64,000 nt of DNA from Mobula hypostoma (taxonomy: Eukaryota), in NCBI RefSeq assembly GCF_963921235.1, contig NC_086101.1, forward strand, positions 31,744,001 through 31,808,000. The letters are read 5' to 3'. Of this stretch, positions 37,701-50,309 are shown in pieces (position 1 is the first letter of the stretch; the number at the start of each line of letters is the position of its first letter). Both the position numbers and the translations under genes were made by a program. The notes below the pieces were generated by a model that did no database searches, was not told where the DNA came from, and was given only the letters and a program-made list of their open reading frames with translations.

Positions 37701-39857
37701 ACTTCACTCCCCTCCCCCTCCCCGTCCCTTCACTCCACTACACTCCTATTCCCCGTCCCTTCACTCCACCTCACTCCCCTCCCCGTCACTTCACTCCACC
37801 TCACTCCCCTCCCCGTCACTTCACTCCACCTCACTCCCATTCCCATCCCTTCACTCCACCTCACTCCCCTTCCCGTCCCTTCACTCCACCTCACTCCCCT
37901 CCCCGTCCCTTCACTCCACCTCACTCCCCTCCGTCTCTTCACTCCACCTCACTCCCCTCCCCGTCACTTCACTCCACCTCACTCCCATTCCCATCCCTTC
38001 ACTCCACCTCACTCCCCTTCCCGTCCCTTCACTCCACCTCACTCCCCTCCCCGTCCCTTCACTCCACCTCACTCCCCTCCGTCTCTTCACTCCACCTCAC
38101 TCCCATTCCCGTCACTTCACTCCACCTCACTCCCCTCCCCGTCACTTCACTCCACTACACTCCTATTCCCGTCACTTCACTCCACCTCACTCCCCTCCCC
38201 GTCACTTCACTCCACTTCACTCCCCTCCCCGTCCCTTCAGTCCACCTCACTCCCCTCCCCGTCACTTCACTCCACCTCACTCCCCTCCCCATCACTTCAC
38301 TCCACCTGACTCCCCTACCCGTCCCTTCACTCCACGACACTCCCCTCCCCGTCACTTCACTCCACCTCACTCCCATTCCCGTCACTTCACTCCACCTCAC
38401 TCCCCTCCGTCTCTTCACTCCACCTCACTCCCATTCCCGTCACTTCACTCCACCTCACTCCCCTCCCCATCACTTCACTCCACCTGACTCCCCTACCCGT
38501 CCCTTCACTCCACCTCACTCCCCTCCCTGTCACTTCACTCCACCTCACTCCCCCCGTCACTTCACTCCACCTCACTCCCCTCCCTGTCACTTCACTCCAC
38601 CTCACTCCCCTCCCCGTCACTTCACTCCACCTCACTCCCCTCCCTGTCACTTCACTCCACCTCACTCCCCTCCCCGTCACTTCACTCCACTACACTCCTA
38701 TTCCCGTCACTTCAGTCCAACTCACTCCCCTCCCCGTCCCTTCACTCCACCTCACTCCCCTCCCCGTCCCTTCACTCCACCTCACTCCCCTCCCCGTCAC
38801 TTCACTCCACCTCACCCCCATTCCCGTCACTTCACTCCACTACACTCCTATTCCCGTCACTTCACTCCACCTCACTCCCCTCCCCGTCACTTCACTCCAC
38901 TTCACTCCCCTCCCCGTCCCTTCAGTCCACCTCACTCCCCTCCCCGTCACTTCACTCCACCTCACTCCCCTCCCCGTCCCTTCACTCCACTTCACTCCCC
39001 TCCCCGTCCCTTCAGTCCACCTCACTCCCCTCCCCGTCACTTCACTCCACCTCACTCCCCTCCCCGTCACTTCACTCCACCTCACTCCCATTCCCCGTCA
39101 CTTCACTCCACCTCACTCCCCTCCCCGTCACTCCCCTCCACCTCACCCCCCCGTCCCTTCACTCCACCTCACTCCCCTCCCCGTCACTTCACTCCACCTC
39201 ACTCCCCTCCCCGTCACTTCACTCCACCTCTCTCCCCTCCCCGTCACTTCACTCCACTCCACTACACTCCTATCCCCGTCAATTCACTCCACTACACTCC
39301 CCTGTCCCTTCACTCCACCTCACTCCCCTCCCCGTCACTTCACTCCACCTCACTCCCCTCCCCGTCACTTCACTCCACTACACTCCCCCGTCCCTTCACT
39401 CCACCTCACTCCCCTCCCCGTCACTTCACTCCACCTCACTCCCCTCCTCGTCCTTTCACTCCACCTCACTCTCCTCCCCGTCACTTCACTGCACCTCACT
39501 CCCCTCCCCGTCACTTCACTCCACCTCACTCCCCTCCCCGTCACTTCACTCCACTACACTCCTATTCCCGTCACTTCACTCCACCTCACTCCCCTCCCCG
39601 TCACTTCACTCCACCTCACTCCCCTCCCCGTCCCTTCACTCCACCTCACTCCCCTCCCCGTCTCTTCACTCCACCTCACTCCCCTCCCCGTCACTTCACT
39701 CCACTACACTCCCCTCCCCATCCCTTCACTCCACTACACTCTTATTCCCCGTCCCTTCACTCCACCTCACTCCCCTCCCCGTCCCTTCACTCCACCTCAC
39801 TCCCATTCCTGTCCCTTCACTCCACCTCACTCCCGTTCCCCGTCACTTCATTCCACT
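34735..39857. repeat. 30-bp satellite/minisatellite array (about 170 units), consensus CACTCCACCTCACTCCCCTCCCCGTCACTT
   Basis: Direct reading; the long P/S/T/H/L ORFs over it are artefacts of a stop-free 30-mer. Confidence 0.98.
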
Positions 39858-40199
39858 CATTAATATGTACACACAAGTCCATAGCTGCCTCAGCTTGGTG
39901 ACACAGGTGGTTATGTTGGTGAACAAGGTGTTTCACTTGCTTGCCTAAACATGGATATTCAGTATGAGAGTTGGGACATTTTGTTGTAGATATGCAAGAC
40001 ATTGGTTAGTTAACACTTAAAATATTGTGTGGTAGTGCAAGAAAAAAATGCACATGAGATCCATTGGGATGTTGCCTGGAGTGGAGGGCTTGAGATATGG
40101 GAGAGACAGGACAAGCTAGGAGTGTTTTCCCTGGAGTTAGGAGGATGAGAGGTAATCTACTAGGAGTTTTTTAATTCATGCGGGCACAGATCAGGTGCC

Positions 40200-40520
40200 T
40201 CCAAGAGGACTACAACCATGTTATGGTTTGGGGGCTTGCGTGTCTCAATGATCCAGAGAGCTATGTTGGCTGGAGTCAGGGTTTTATTCTTTGGCTCTTG
40301 GTATGGGCACCCATGCCATACAGACTAATGGGCAGAGGCCAGACTAAGAGTAGTCTACCGGTCCTCCAGGTTTGGGGGTTCAGCACAGGGCTAACAACCC
40401 TGACTGGTAAAACAAAACTGTTCGGGAAATAGCAATAAAGAATCCTTCTACCTCTGAATGGCCAAGGACAGGCAGGGATGGAGGGCCTGCATTCCTGCCC
40501 TAAACACCAGCGGCATAACC
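40200..40520 (+). mobile_element. Possible RTE-clade LINE 5' UTR fragment
   Basis: ggccagactaagag...cctccaggtttgggggttcagc..gggctaacaaccctgactggtaaaac resembles RTE 5' ends; recognised by eye. Confidence 0.4.
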
Positions 40521-41263
40521 ATCAGTAAGTATAGATCAAGTGAATGGTCACAGACTTTTTCCGAGGGTGGGGGAGCCTAAAGCTAGAGGGAACCCTGTAA
40601 AATGAAAGGGAAAAGATTTGAAGGGGATGTGATGGGCGAATCTTTCACACAGAAGGTGGTAGGTATGTGGAATGAACTACCAGAGGAAGTGGATTGAGCA
40701 GCTACAATTCCATCTAAAAGACATTTGGAATGATTCATAGATAAGAACATTTAAAGTGATATGGTCCAAGTGCAGGCAAATGGGACTAGATCAGAGTACA
40801 CCGAGGTTGACATGGACTAGAACTGAAAGATGGTCTCCAAGTTCTGTTATCTCCGGGCTCCATATCCGTGGTAACCATAGGAATGCGGACAAGACCCATG
40901 ATGCACTACACTCAGTTCACCGTTCTCCATTCTGTAATGTAATGCATGCAATGATCTGTGGTTCTGTCTCATGCCTCTGACATAGCCCCCATCATTCTCC
41001 CCATCCCTCCTCCAATGAAGGTGTCAGGGACCCTGTCTCTCCAGGAAGGTGGACACATTCTGATGTGGAGTATCATTGCTGCCCCTCCCACACCCCAAAC
41101 CCACAGACCTGATTTTCAGATGAATGCAATGCTGTTCCTGGAAAGAAAGACATTGTCAAACTAATGGATTCATCACAGGCTCAACACCAGCCCCGAAAAC
41201 TAGCAGGCTGCCTTCTGATTGGCTCACAGTGTCAGAGGGACCTTGTGTTCACTCAGCAACTCA

Positions 41264-41600
41264 GTGATGGGACAATGTAAAGGGAGTTTCACTCTGTGTC
41301 TGACCCCAGAAGTGTGTGATGGGACGGTTAGAGAGAGCTTCACTCTGTGTCTGCCCACGGGAGTATGTGATGGGATAGTGTAAAGGGAGCTTCACTCTGT
41401 GTCTGACCCCATAAGTGTGTGATGGGACAGTATAGAGGGAGCTTCACTCTGTGTCTGACCCCAAGGGCGTGTGATGGGACAGTACAGAGGGAGCTTCGCT
41501 CTGTGTCTGACCCCGAGAGTGTGTGATGCGACAGTATAGAGGGAGCTTCACTCCATGTCTGACCATGGGATAGTGTGAAGTGACAGTACAGAGAGAGCTT
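41264..41600. repeat. About 52-bp minisatellite (about 6.5 units)
   Basis: gtgatggga(c) recurs at 41264, 41316, 41367, 41419, 41471 and 41523. Confidence 0.9.
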
Positions 41601-41754
41601 CATTCTCTGTCAATTTAAAGATTGTGTCCACCTTGTTGTTTTCTTTCTTCAAAATAACTTATAACAACATTTAGAATGAGATACAATCCAGCATTTACAA
41701 TAAGATATGATCCTCATCTTCTAGTTTAGGCTCCAGCTCTTGTTCCTTCCACAG

Positions 41755-41953
41755 GTACTGGATGGTCTTCAGAGAGCCTGTGGACACAGTGTGTTCCCTC
41801 TCCAGGGACGCTCGGGCATGGATGTACTCTCAGAAGAGGGGAGGCCTCGGCTTGGACAGAACATTCGTAGCTGCTGGCTACTCCTACAAAGGGCCACACT
41901 GGCCAGACCCAAGAGTAGATGTGAATCCAAGATCTGACATGTCAACACCATGA
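41755..41953 (+). CDS. Candidate terminal coding exon (YWMVFREPVDTVCSLSRDARAWMYSQKRGGLGLDRTFVAAGYSYKGPHWPDPRVDVNPRSDMSTP*), unknown product
   Basis: Good acceptor ctcttgttccttccacag; complex open frame to TGA; not a repeat I recognise. Confidence 0.3.
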
Positions 41954-42994
41954 ATGTCACTAAAGAGATACAGGGATTCAGCAGAGGGAGGCAAGAAGCC
42001 AGAGATCATGGTCTGCACAGGTAATCACGGTCTGAGATCCTTCATCAAGGATTTAGGGAGCTTGGCTACAAAATAAAGAGCAGAACACATGAGGCTATGA
42101 ATTCCGAATGACATTGGATATATATGTCATGAGTGTAGGGCAGATCCAATGAATGTCTGGCTAAAGGAATGGTGTTGGGGGGAGGGCTTTAGATTTATGG
42201 ATCACTGGGACTGCTCCTAGGGACAGTGCGACCTGTGTAAGATTCTCCTCAACAGGACTGGGTCCAGTGTCTTTGCAGGGAGGGTTGCTGTTGCTGTTGG
42301 ACAGGGTTCATCCTAAGCTAGCAGGGCAATGAGACAAAGGGTGGGCATACAGTTGGAGTAGGAGGTGCAGTCAAGTGGAGAAGGCAAGAAGCCAATGCCT
42401 TGGACAGAGCAGACATGACTATGATTTGGCACATGCGAGGAATGCAAAGCTAATGTGCACTTATTTTAGAGCAAGGGGTTCGGACTGTAAGGCAGACGAA
42501 TTTAAAGCAATAATCAGGATAGATTTTTGTTGCAGTCTCAGAGACATGGTTGAAGGGAGGGCAGGACGGGCAGTCCAACATCCTAGGGTGAATGGCAGAG
42601 CAGACTTGATGGCCAGTTGACCTAATTCTGCTCCTATGTCTTATGGTCTTATGGTGAAGAATCTTCATCCATGATCGGGGATGTAAAGAGAAGGTGTGAC
42701 TGCAATATCTATCACAGATCCATTCCCGCAATAAGAGGGAGGATATCCCAGAAGGACCTCAAATGAAGCAATTTGGCAGAGTTTGAGAATATAAAGAGGA
42801 CAGCCCCTTTGCTGGTGCAGTACCTTAGGCCTCCTGAATTTCAACAGGAGACAGAGGAGCAGATATGTGGACTGAGAAGGAACTTTGATATCAGGAGATG
42901 TTGAGAACTGAAGGAAGAAGCATATGCTAGGTAAGGAAGCTGTATCCACTGTTGGCTATATACACTATACTGTGTGTATGTGTATATATATATA

Positions 42995-43260
42995 TACACA
43001 CACTTTATTAGGTACTCCTGTACATTAATGCAAATATCTAATCAGCCAGTCACGTGGCAGCAACTCAATGTATAAAAGCATGCAGACGTGGTCAAGAGGT
43101 TCAGCATTGTTCACGAGTGTACCTAACAAAAGTAACTTATAAGGTGGCCACTGAGTCTGCTGTTGTAGCCCGTCCGTTTCAAGGTTCGACATCTTCTGCA
43201 TTCAGAGATGCTCTTCTGCCCATCACTGTTGTAACGTGGGGTTATTTGAGTTACAACTGG
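42995..43260. mobile_element. Tc1/mariner-like non-autonomous remnants
   Basis: cactttattaggtac...aatgcaaatatctaatcagcc...gcagcaactcaatg and gtggccactgag terminal-type sequences. Confidence 0.55.
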
Positions 43261-45209
43261 ATGTAATCGGTAAAAGTCAGAGATCTGTTAATAGTAAAGA
43301 GGTTTGTCAAGATGGACAGAGTAATGTCAGATAGAATTTAATCTAGATAATTATGAAATGGTGTATTTTGGTACTTTGGGAGGAATAACAAGGGTTGGAC
43401 ACACGCAGTGAGGAATGGAGGGACCTGGATATACAAATCCAAAGATGCCTGAAGAGGGCAGCACAGAGGAGTAGAGTGGTGAAGAAGCCATTTGTCACAC
43501 TTGTCTTCATTAGCTTGGGGACAAAATACGAAAGCATGAGGGGTTAAGCTACAACTTTATAAAAGTCTTCTTCAGTCACAGCAGTTCTGGTCACCATACT
43601 GTAAACTTACAAAGTTTCAAATTACATTTATTATCAAAGAATGTATAAGTTATATAACCTTGAGATTTGTCTGCTTAAGCCAGCCACAAAGCAAGAAACC
43701 TGAAAGAACCCAATTTAAAAGAATAAAATAAAGCCCAACACCCAATACGCAAAAAAAGGGGGGAAAATACAAATCATGCAAACAATTTAAGTGAGCAACA
43801 ACATTCCCGAACCAAGTAAATCCTTAGATCTGACCCCAGAGCAGACTGAAGTAGACCAAAGCCTCGGTATCAGTTCATCATATTGGCGGGTATGGAGTAC
43901 AGCAGCTGGGGCAGTCTTCATAGCCTCAGCACCATGGAGAGAGAGGAGTAAACATCGCGGGAGAGCGATCAAAACTGGTTCTCACCTCCAATCCCGACAC
44001 CCTGCCTTTCACATCTATCTGGGCCGGTGTTTAAGTTGCCCAAACAGCGTAGCAAGGAAGAAACGTTTATATAGGACCTTTCCCAGCCTCTGTCCATCCC
44101 AATCCTCTCCAGCTAAAGATGTGCTTAGACAAATTGGTGACCTGGGAAGACACGGGGTGGGTGAAATTCAACCCAGTGGGTGTGAGATGATGTGCTTTTG
44201 GTAACTGAAAGACACAAATGTAAACATAAGAAATAGGAAGAGGCCATCGATATTGCCTGACATCTAACAAGTTAATGATTGAACTTTGGCATCAGCACCA
44301 TTTTCCTGCACTTTCTCCAAGAGGGACATAACGCTCTTGGGAAGAATGGTGCATGAAACCACTGTGGGAAGGTTTCTGGAGATAACAAAGTTCGAAGTTC
44401 AAAATATAGTTATTATTGAAGTATGCATACTGCATACAACCTTGAGATTTGTCTCCTTACAGGCAGTCACAAAATAAGGAAACCCAACAGAATCAATTTA
44501 AAAAAAGACCATCAAGCACTCAATGTGCAAAACAAAGTCAAACCATGTCATCAATAAAAGTGAGCAAATAACATTTAGAGCTGAAGTTCACAAAAGTGAG
44601 TCCACAGCCACAAAGTGATTCAGGGACAATTGAGGAGCCCCTTAGTTGTAGCCCAGAGCCTCAGATCAGCACAGAGATGAGTAAAACTTGCAAGCAGCCT
44701 GTAACTCTCCTCCAGCCCTGACACCCTGACCTTTACAATCCTCCCCAGGACTTAAATCAGCCAAACAGTGGGTTGCTCTTCTCTCTCTGGCCCGAACTCT
44801 GCCACCTCGACTCTGTCTTGCCTCTGCCCACTCCACAATGGCCATACATCCCTCCCTCTCAGGCCTGGGCCCTGCTGCCTCTATTCAGCCCGTACATGAT
44901 CCACGCCACAACCATCCTGCACCTCCAAGACATCAGTTCACACCACAAAAATACCAAGTTGTTCAGGTGGTTCAAAAGCTCAACTCTGAAAGTGAAGTTA
45001 CAGGCTATTGTTTGCAGCTGTCATTTTCGATCAATAACTGAGCTAACTCCAGAATTGTCTCCATGGTAGGGGAGAAAGTTCCAAGGTACCCACAAGACTG
45101 GTCTCTATGGCAATCGGATGTAGATTAAGGACAAATTTGAATGATGCGGGATCTCACCAAGGCCCAGTATAATACTGTTTCTACATCCAATTCTCTTGCA
45201 ATAATGACC

Positions 45210-45955
45210 AATGTATGATTTCCATCAAGTGCTACACCTGTCCATTCACTTCCTCCCTCACCTCCATTCAGGGCCGCAAGCAGATCTACCAGGTGAGGCA
45301 ACACTTCACCTGTGAATCTGCTGGGGTTGTCTATTGTATCTGGTGCTCCCAATGCAGCCTCCTCTACATTGGTTAGACCTGTCGTAAATTAGGGGACCAC
45401 TTCATCGAGCCCCTCCACATCATCTGCCAAAAGCAGAACTTCCCGGTGGAAAAACATTTTAATTCTGATTCCCATTCCCATTCTGACATGTCAGTCCATG
45501 GCCTCCTCTTGCACGAAGATGAGACCACCCTCAGGGTGGAGGAGCAACATCTTATATTCTGTCTGGGTAGCCTCCAACCTGATGGTACGAATATCAATTT
45601 CTCCTACCGGTGCTTATTTTCCCTCCCTCTTCTTCTATCCCCACTTTTGTCTTTTTACCTCTTCTTACCTGCCTATCACCTCCCCCTGGGTCCCCTCCTC
45701 CTTCCCTTTCTCCTGTGGTCCATTCTCCTCTCCTCTCAGATTCGTTCCTCTCCAGCCCTTTGACCTTTTCTACCCTCCTGGCTTCACCTATCAGATTCTA
45801 GCTATCCTCCTTCCCCTCTCTCTATCTTTTTATTCTGATGTCTTCCCCTTTCCTTTTCAGCCCTGAAGAAGAGTCTCGACCGGAAACGTCGACTGTTTAT
45901 TCATTTTGATGGATGCTGCCTGACCTGCTGCGATTTTCCGGCATTTTGTGCGTGT
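45210..45955 (+). mobile_element. Penelope-like element 3' fragment with tail
   Basis: HFNSDSHSHSDMSVHGLL...LRVEEQHLIFCLGSLQPDG and tail cctgaagaagagtctcgaccggaaacgtcgactg. Confidence 0.85.
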
Positions 45956-46034
45956 AGCCTCTGCAACTGCTTGCGATACCTGCACATTTGCATTCAGAGA
46001 CTGGTGTGCTGAAACTGAACTGAAGCTCTGAGCT

Positions 46035-46108
46035 GGCACCATGGCTTAGTTGGTTAAAGCGCCTGTCTAGTAAACAGGAGATCCTGAGTTCAAGTCTCAG
46101 TGGTGCCT
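46035..46108 (+). tRNA. tRNA-Thr (anticodon AGT)
   Basis: GGCACCATGGCTTAGTTGGTTAAAGCGCCTGTCTAGTAAACAGGAGATCCTGAGTTCAAGTCTCAGTGGTGCCT; 74 nt; all stems pair (GGCACCA/TGGTGCC, CTGAG/CTCAG); A and B boxes intact. Confidence 0.9.
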
Positions 46109-46123
46109 GCAAGATGTGAAATG

Positions 46124-46127
46124 TTTT
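46124..46127 (+). terminator. Pol III T4 terminator candidate
   Basis: TTTT 16 nt after the tRNA 3' end. Confidence 0.5.
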
Positions 46128-46187
46128 GTTACTAATCCACAACAGTACCATCATGGGCTGTTTTCAATTCGCAGACCAAACTGCACT

Positions 46188-46420
46188 GGGTGGCACAATG
46201 GTGCAGCGTGTAGACCCATCAGCACCAGCGACCCACGTTCACTCTGACCCACAGTGCTGTCTGTGTGGAGTTTGCACGTTCTCTCTGTGACCATGTGAGT
46301 TTCCCCCGGATGCTCCAGCTTCCTCAGAACATCTCAAAAGACGCGTGTATCGGTGGCTGTAAAATGTGCATAGTGGTAGAATCGTGCCATTAGGTGGGTG
46401 GTAGGATCTGGGGAGCTGTG
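46188..46420 (+). mobile_element. V-SINE (HE1-like)
   Basis: tRNA-like head ggtggcacaatggtgcagc plus V-domain gtctgtgtggagtttgcacgttctc. Confidence 0.75.
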
Positions 46421-46628
46421 AAAATGGGTACCACTGGATCCCTTTATACAGCAGCACTTTGTAATCCTTCACTATTTAAATGATCCTCACCTCCCTGCCT
46501 TTCCTACTAAATATATTCTACACTGCACCACATCTACTACCCGTTCAACTTTAAAGTTATGTTGAAGCATCTTTGCTTCCTCCTTACGATTCAGCAGTTG
46601 TGTGGTGCTGTCAAATTTAGAAACATTG

Positions 46629-47440
46629 TGTAACTCTCAGGTCTGACCAGCATGCCTTTGTCTAGGGGAAGGCAGCCTCTGGCCCCGCCGAACTGAGATA
46701 TCTCGTTGGTGTGGATGCTGCATGATGTGTTACCTGGTTACAAATCCGAACCTCAAAGTATCAGACAGTACACCATCTGCAATTATACGATTGAACTTTA
46801 TAAATCTTAATCTGACTATAGGGTTACTAAAGAAAATAAAAATAAAAAGGGCCCAGTTTAATGAAACAGTCTGATGTGCACGCTGGAGCTCATGGTTCCA
46901 TCCTTTCGTTCCCCATCGACCTCCCCCAAGTGTCAACGACCCTCGGACCCTCTCTCCAAACCCACTCCGTCCGCCGGACTACCAAATCTCTCCACTCACA
47001 TCTTCTCTCTTCGTCTCTCGCCAACAAAAGACCGTGAAATCCCTGCTCTCAGACCCACAAGAGAAAACAACATGCCTCTCATTCGGTGGCACACATTCCA
47101 AAGCCCCGTTATCTCTAGTCCATAAGACCATAAGACAAAGGAGCAGAAGTCGGCCATTCGGCCCATCGAGTCTGCTGCACCATTTTATCATGAGCTGATC
47201 CATTCTCCCATTTAGTCCCACTCCCCCGCCTTCTCACCATAACCTTTGATGCCCTGGCTACTCAGATACCTATAAAATCTCTGCCTTAAATACACCCAAT
47301 GACTTGGCCTCCACTGCTGCCCATGGCAACAAATTCCATAGATTCACCACCCTCTGGCTAAAAATATAACCCAAACATTGCTGCTACATTAGCAGGGAAA
47401 CATTACAGGGAGGCCATTACATTAACAGTGAAACCTTACA
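46629..47440. mobile_element. LTR of the 19671 family, interrupted by a CR1 tail (about 47120-47365)
   Basis: TGTAAC...CCTTACA termini; shared blocks gtggatgctgc and ggagctcatg. Confidence 0.65.
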
Positions 47441-47596
47441 GCGCATTACAATTGCATTTAGTCCCTTGCATCCAATCCCTGACGTACTTTGTGACATCCA
47501 CGGCCCAAGGACTGGCAATTGTGGGGCCCACCCTGTGAAGACCCCATTTATTACTGTTGTCACCTTTGCATCCTTATGATATCTCAGAGCCCCAGC

Positions 47597-48649
47597 TGTC
47601 ACGGTCCAGCCTGTAAAGTCCGCATTCCAGTTCACAGTCCCATCTGTGGATTCCATATTCCAGCTATTCCTTTTTTCCCTTATTCCGTTGGGCACCTTAA
47701 TTTGAGGCACATGGTTCTTGTTTCGGGCTGGCAACATAAATAGCTCTGAGATCCAGTGACTCCTTGCTGGACCATCCTTGTCAGTAACCCCATCGGAACT
47801 CACACCCAGAGGCTTGGCTCTGTGTCCGGTGTCTAAGGAAGAGTCCCGGCTCTGTGTTCTGTATCCAAGGAAGAGTCCCGACTCTGTGTCTTGTATCCGA
47901 GGAAGAATCCTGGCTCCATGTCCTGTGTCCAGGAAGAGTCCCAGTTCTGTATCCTGTATCCAAGAAGAGTCCCAGCTCCGAGTCGAGTCCAATCATATAT
48001 CCAAGTCCCGAGTCCCGGCCACGACCCAGGTTCCGAGTCCCGGCCACGACCCAGGTTCAGAGTCCCGGCCACGACCCAGGTTCCGAGTCCCGGCCACGAC
48101 CCAGGTTCAGAGTCCCGGCCACGACCCCGGTTCAGAGTCCCGGCCACGACCCAGGTTCCGAGTCCCGGCCACGACCCAGGTTCAGAGTCCTGGCCACGAC
48201 CCAGATTCCGAGTCCCGGCCACGACCCAGGTTCAGAGTCCCGGCCACGACCCAGGTTCCGAGTCCCGGCCACGACCCAAGTTCCGAGTCCCGGCCACGAC
48301 CCAGGTTTTGAGTCGCAATCAAGACCCCAGTTCCGAGTCCCAGTCAAGACCCAGCTTCTGAGTCCCAATCTAGGTCCAGGTTCCTAGTTCCAAGTTCCAC
48401 GTCCGGGTCCCGTGTTCCTAGTCCTAAGTCCAAGTCCTAGCCCAGGCCCTGAGTCCCAGTCTAGTCCAGGGCCTAAGTCCGAGTCCAGATACGCTCATTC
48501 CCGCTGCTGCTTTGCTTACTCCTTGATTTCCCTCTGAACAATCCTTGATTCTTGGCTTTCCTTGTAACCATTAATAAACATGGTCCAGTTCCTACTACTT
48601 CAGTAACTGTGTCTCGTGTTTGGGTCCTCCCGTGCTCCGCCCCATGACA
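47597..48649. mobile_element. Solo LTR with 5-bp TSD CCAGC and internal 24-bp tandem array
   Basis: TGTCA...TGACA; ccagc at 47592-47596 and 48650-48654; unit agtcccggccacgacccaggttc(c/a)g about 13 times at 48005-48310. Confidence 0.8.
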
Positions 48650-48689
48650 CCAGCAGGTTCTGTGTCAGCAAATGTGGGATTTATCTAAA

Positions 48690-49985
48690 TCACCTGGCCG
48701 AGTACTGAGGACCTATGCTGACCGACTGGCTGGTGTATTCACGGATACCTTCAACCTCTCGCTCGTTCTGGCAATGTGTGGTACCCACTTGCTTTAAGCA
48801 AGCTTCAATCATACTGATGCCCAAGAAGAGCCTGGTAACCTGTCTCAATGACATTCGCCCGGTGGCACCTACATCCACAACGATAATGTGATTTAAGAGG
48901 CTGGTGTTGAAGCATATCGGCTCCTGTCTGAGTGACGACTTGGATCTGCTCCAATTCACCAACCAAAGCAACAGGTCTTCAGCAGATGCCATCTCATTGG
49001 CTCTTCACACAACCCTGGATCATCTGAACAATACAGATGTATACATCAGGATGCTCTTTATTGATTACACCTCAGTTTTTAACACCATCACCCCCTCAAA
49101 ACTGATCAGTAAACTCCAAGACCTGGGCTTCAATACCCCTTTGTGCAATTGGATCCTGGATTCCTTTACTTGTAGACCCCCAGTCAGTTCAGATTGGCAA
49201 AAACATCTCCTCCACAATCTCCATCAGCACAGGAGCACCGCAGGGATGTGTACTCAGCCCTTTACACCTGTGACTGTGTGGCTAAGAACAGCTCCAACAC
49301 CATATACAAGTTTGCTGATGACACCACTGTTGTGGGCTGTATCAAAGGGGGTGATGAATCAGCAAACAGGAGGGAGATTGAAAACTTGGCTGAGTGGTGT
49401 CATAACAACAACCTCTCACTCAATGTCAGTAAGACCAAGAAACTGATTGTGGGCTTCGGGAGAGGGAAACCAGAGGTCCATGAGTCAGTAATCACTGGAA
49501 GATCAGAGGTGGAGAGGGACAGTAACTTTAAATTCCTGGGTGTCACTATCTCAAAGGACCTGTCCTGGATCTACCATATAAATATAATTGTGAAGAAAGC
49601 ATGACAGTGCCTCTGTTTCCTCAGGAGTCTGCGGAGAGTCGGCATGTCATCCAAAACCTTGGCAAACTTCTATAGATGTGTGGTGACAAGTGTGCTGACT
49701 GGCTGCTATGGGAACACCAATGCCCTTTTAGCAAAAAATCCTGCAAAAGGTAGTGGATTCAGCCCAGTATATCATGGATAAAACCCTCCCAACCATTGAG
49801 CACATCTACATGAAACGTTGTCAGAGAAACGTTGCCCATCATCAAAGATCCTCATCATCCAGGCCATGCTCCTTTCTCACCGCTGCCATCAGGTAGAAGG
49901 TACAAGAGCCTCAGAATTTGTATCACCAGGTTCAAGAACAGTTACTACCCCTCAACCATCAGGCTCTTGAACAAAAGGGGATAAC
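48690..49985 (+). mobile_element. Rex1/Babar LINE RT region, frameshifted
   Basis: STADAI-like, [22 protein letters not shown] and LPSGRR motifs. Confidence 0.9.
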
Positions 49986-50309
49986 CACATTCATTCTACT
50001 TCCTGTGTTCCCACAAACAATTATCTCACTTTAAGGACTCTTTATCTTGTTATTTCAAGCTCTCGTTAATTATTGCTACTTATTTACATCTGCATTTGCA
50101 CAGTTTGTTGTTCATTGATCCTGTTTACAGTTACTGTTCTATAGATTTGCTAAGTATACCTGCAGAAAAAGAATCGTAGGGTTGTATGTGGTGACATGCA
50201 TGCACTCTGATAATAAATTTTACTTTGAACTTTGAAATCAGTGTAAATTTACTGTCATAGTCCCAGGGAAGTGAGGAGAAGCTGTTTAGAAAGAGATGAA
50301 GAGATGAAG

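Noticed and set aside
34573-38309. 560-, 541- and 1201-aa ORFs (mucin/extensin-like)
   Set aside because: All lie over the 30-bp satellite, whose plus strand lacks stop codons; overlapping ORFs in all three frames indicate an artefact.
41264-41600. Repeat-spacer-like array
   Set aside because: The whole 52-bp unit is repeated, so it is an ordinary minisatellite.
47778-48387. Repetitive ORFs and a CRISPR-like appearance of 24-bp repeats
   Set aside because: Head-to-tail tandem units without unique spacers, inside a TSD-flanked LTR; eukaryotic context with no cas genes.
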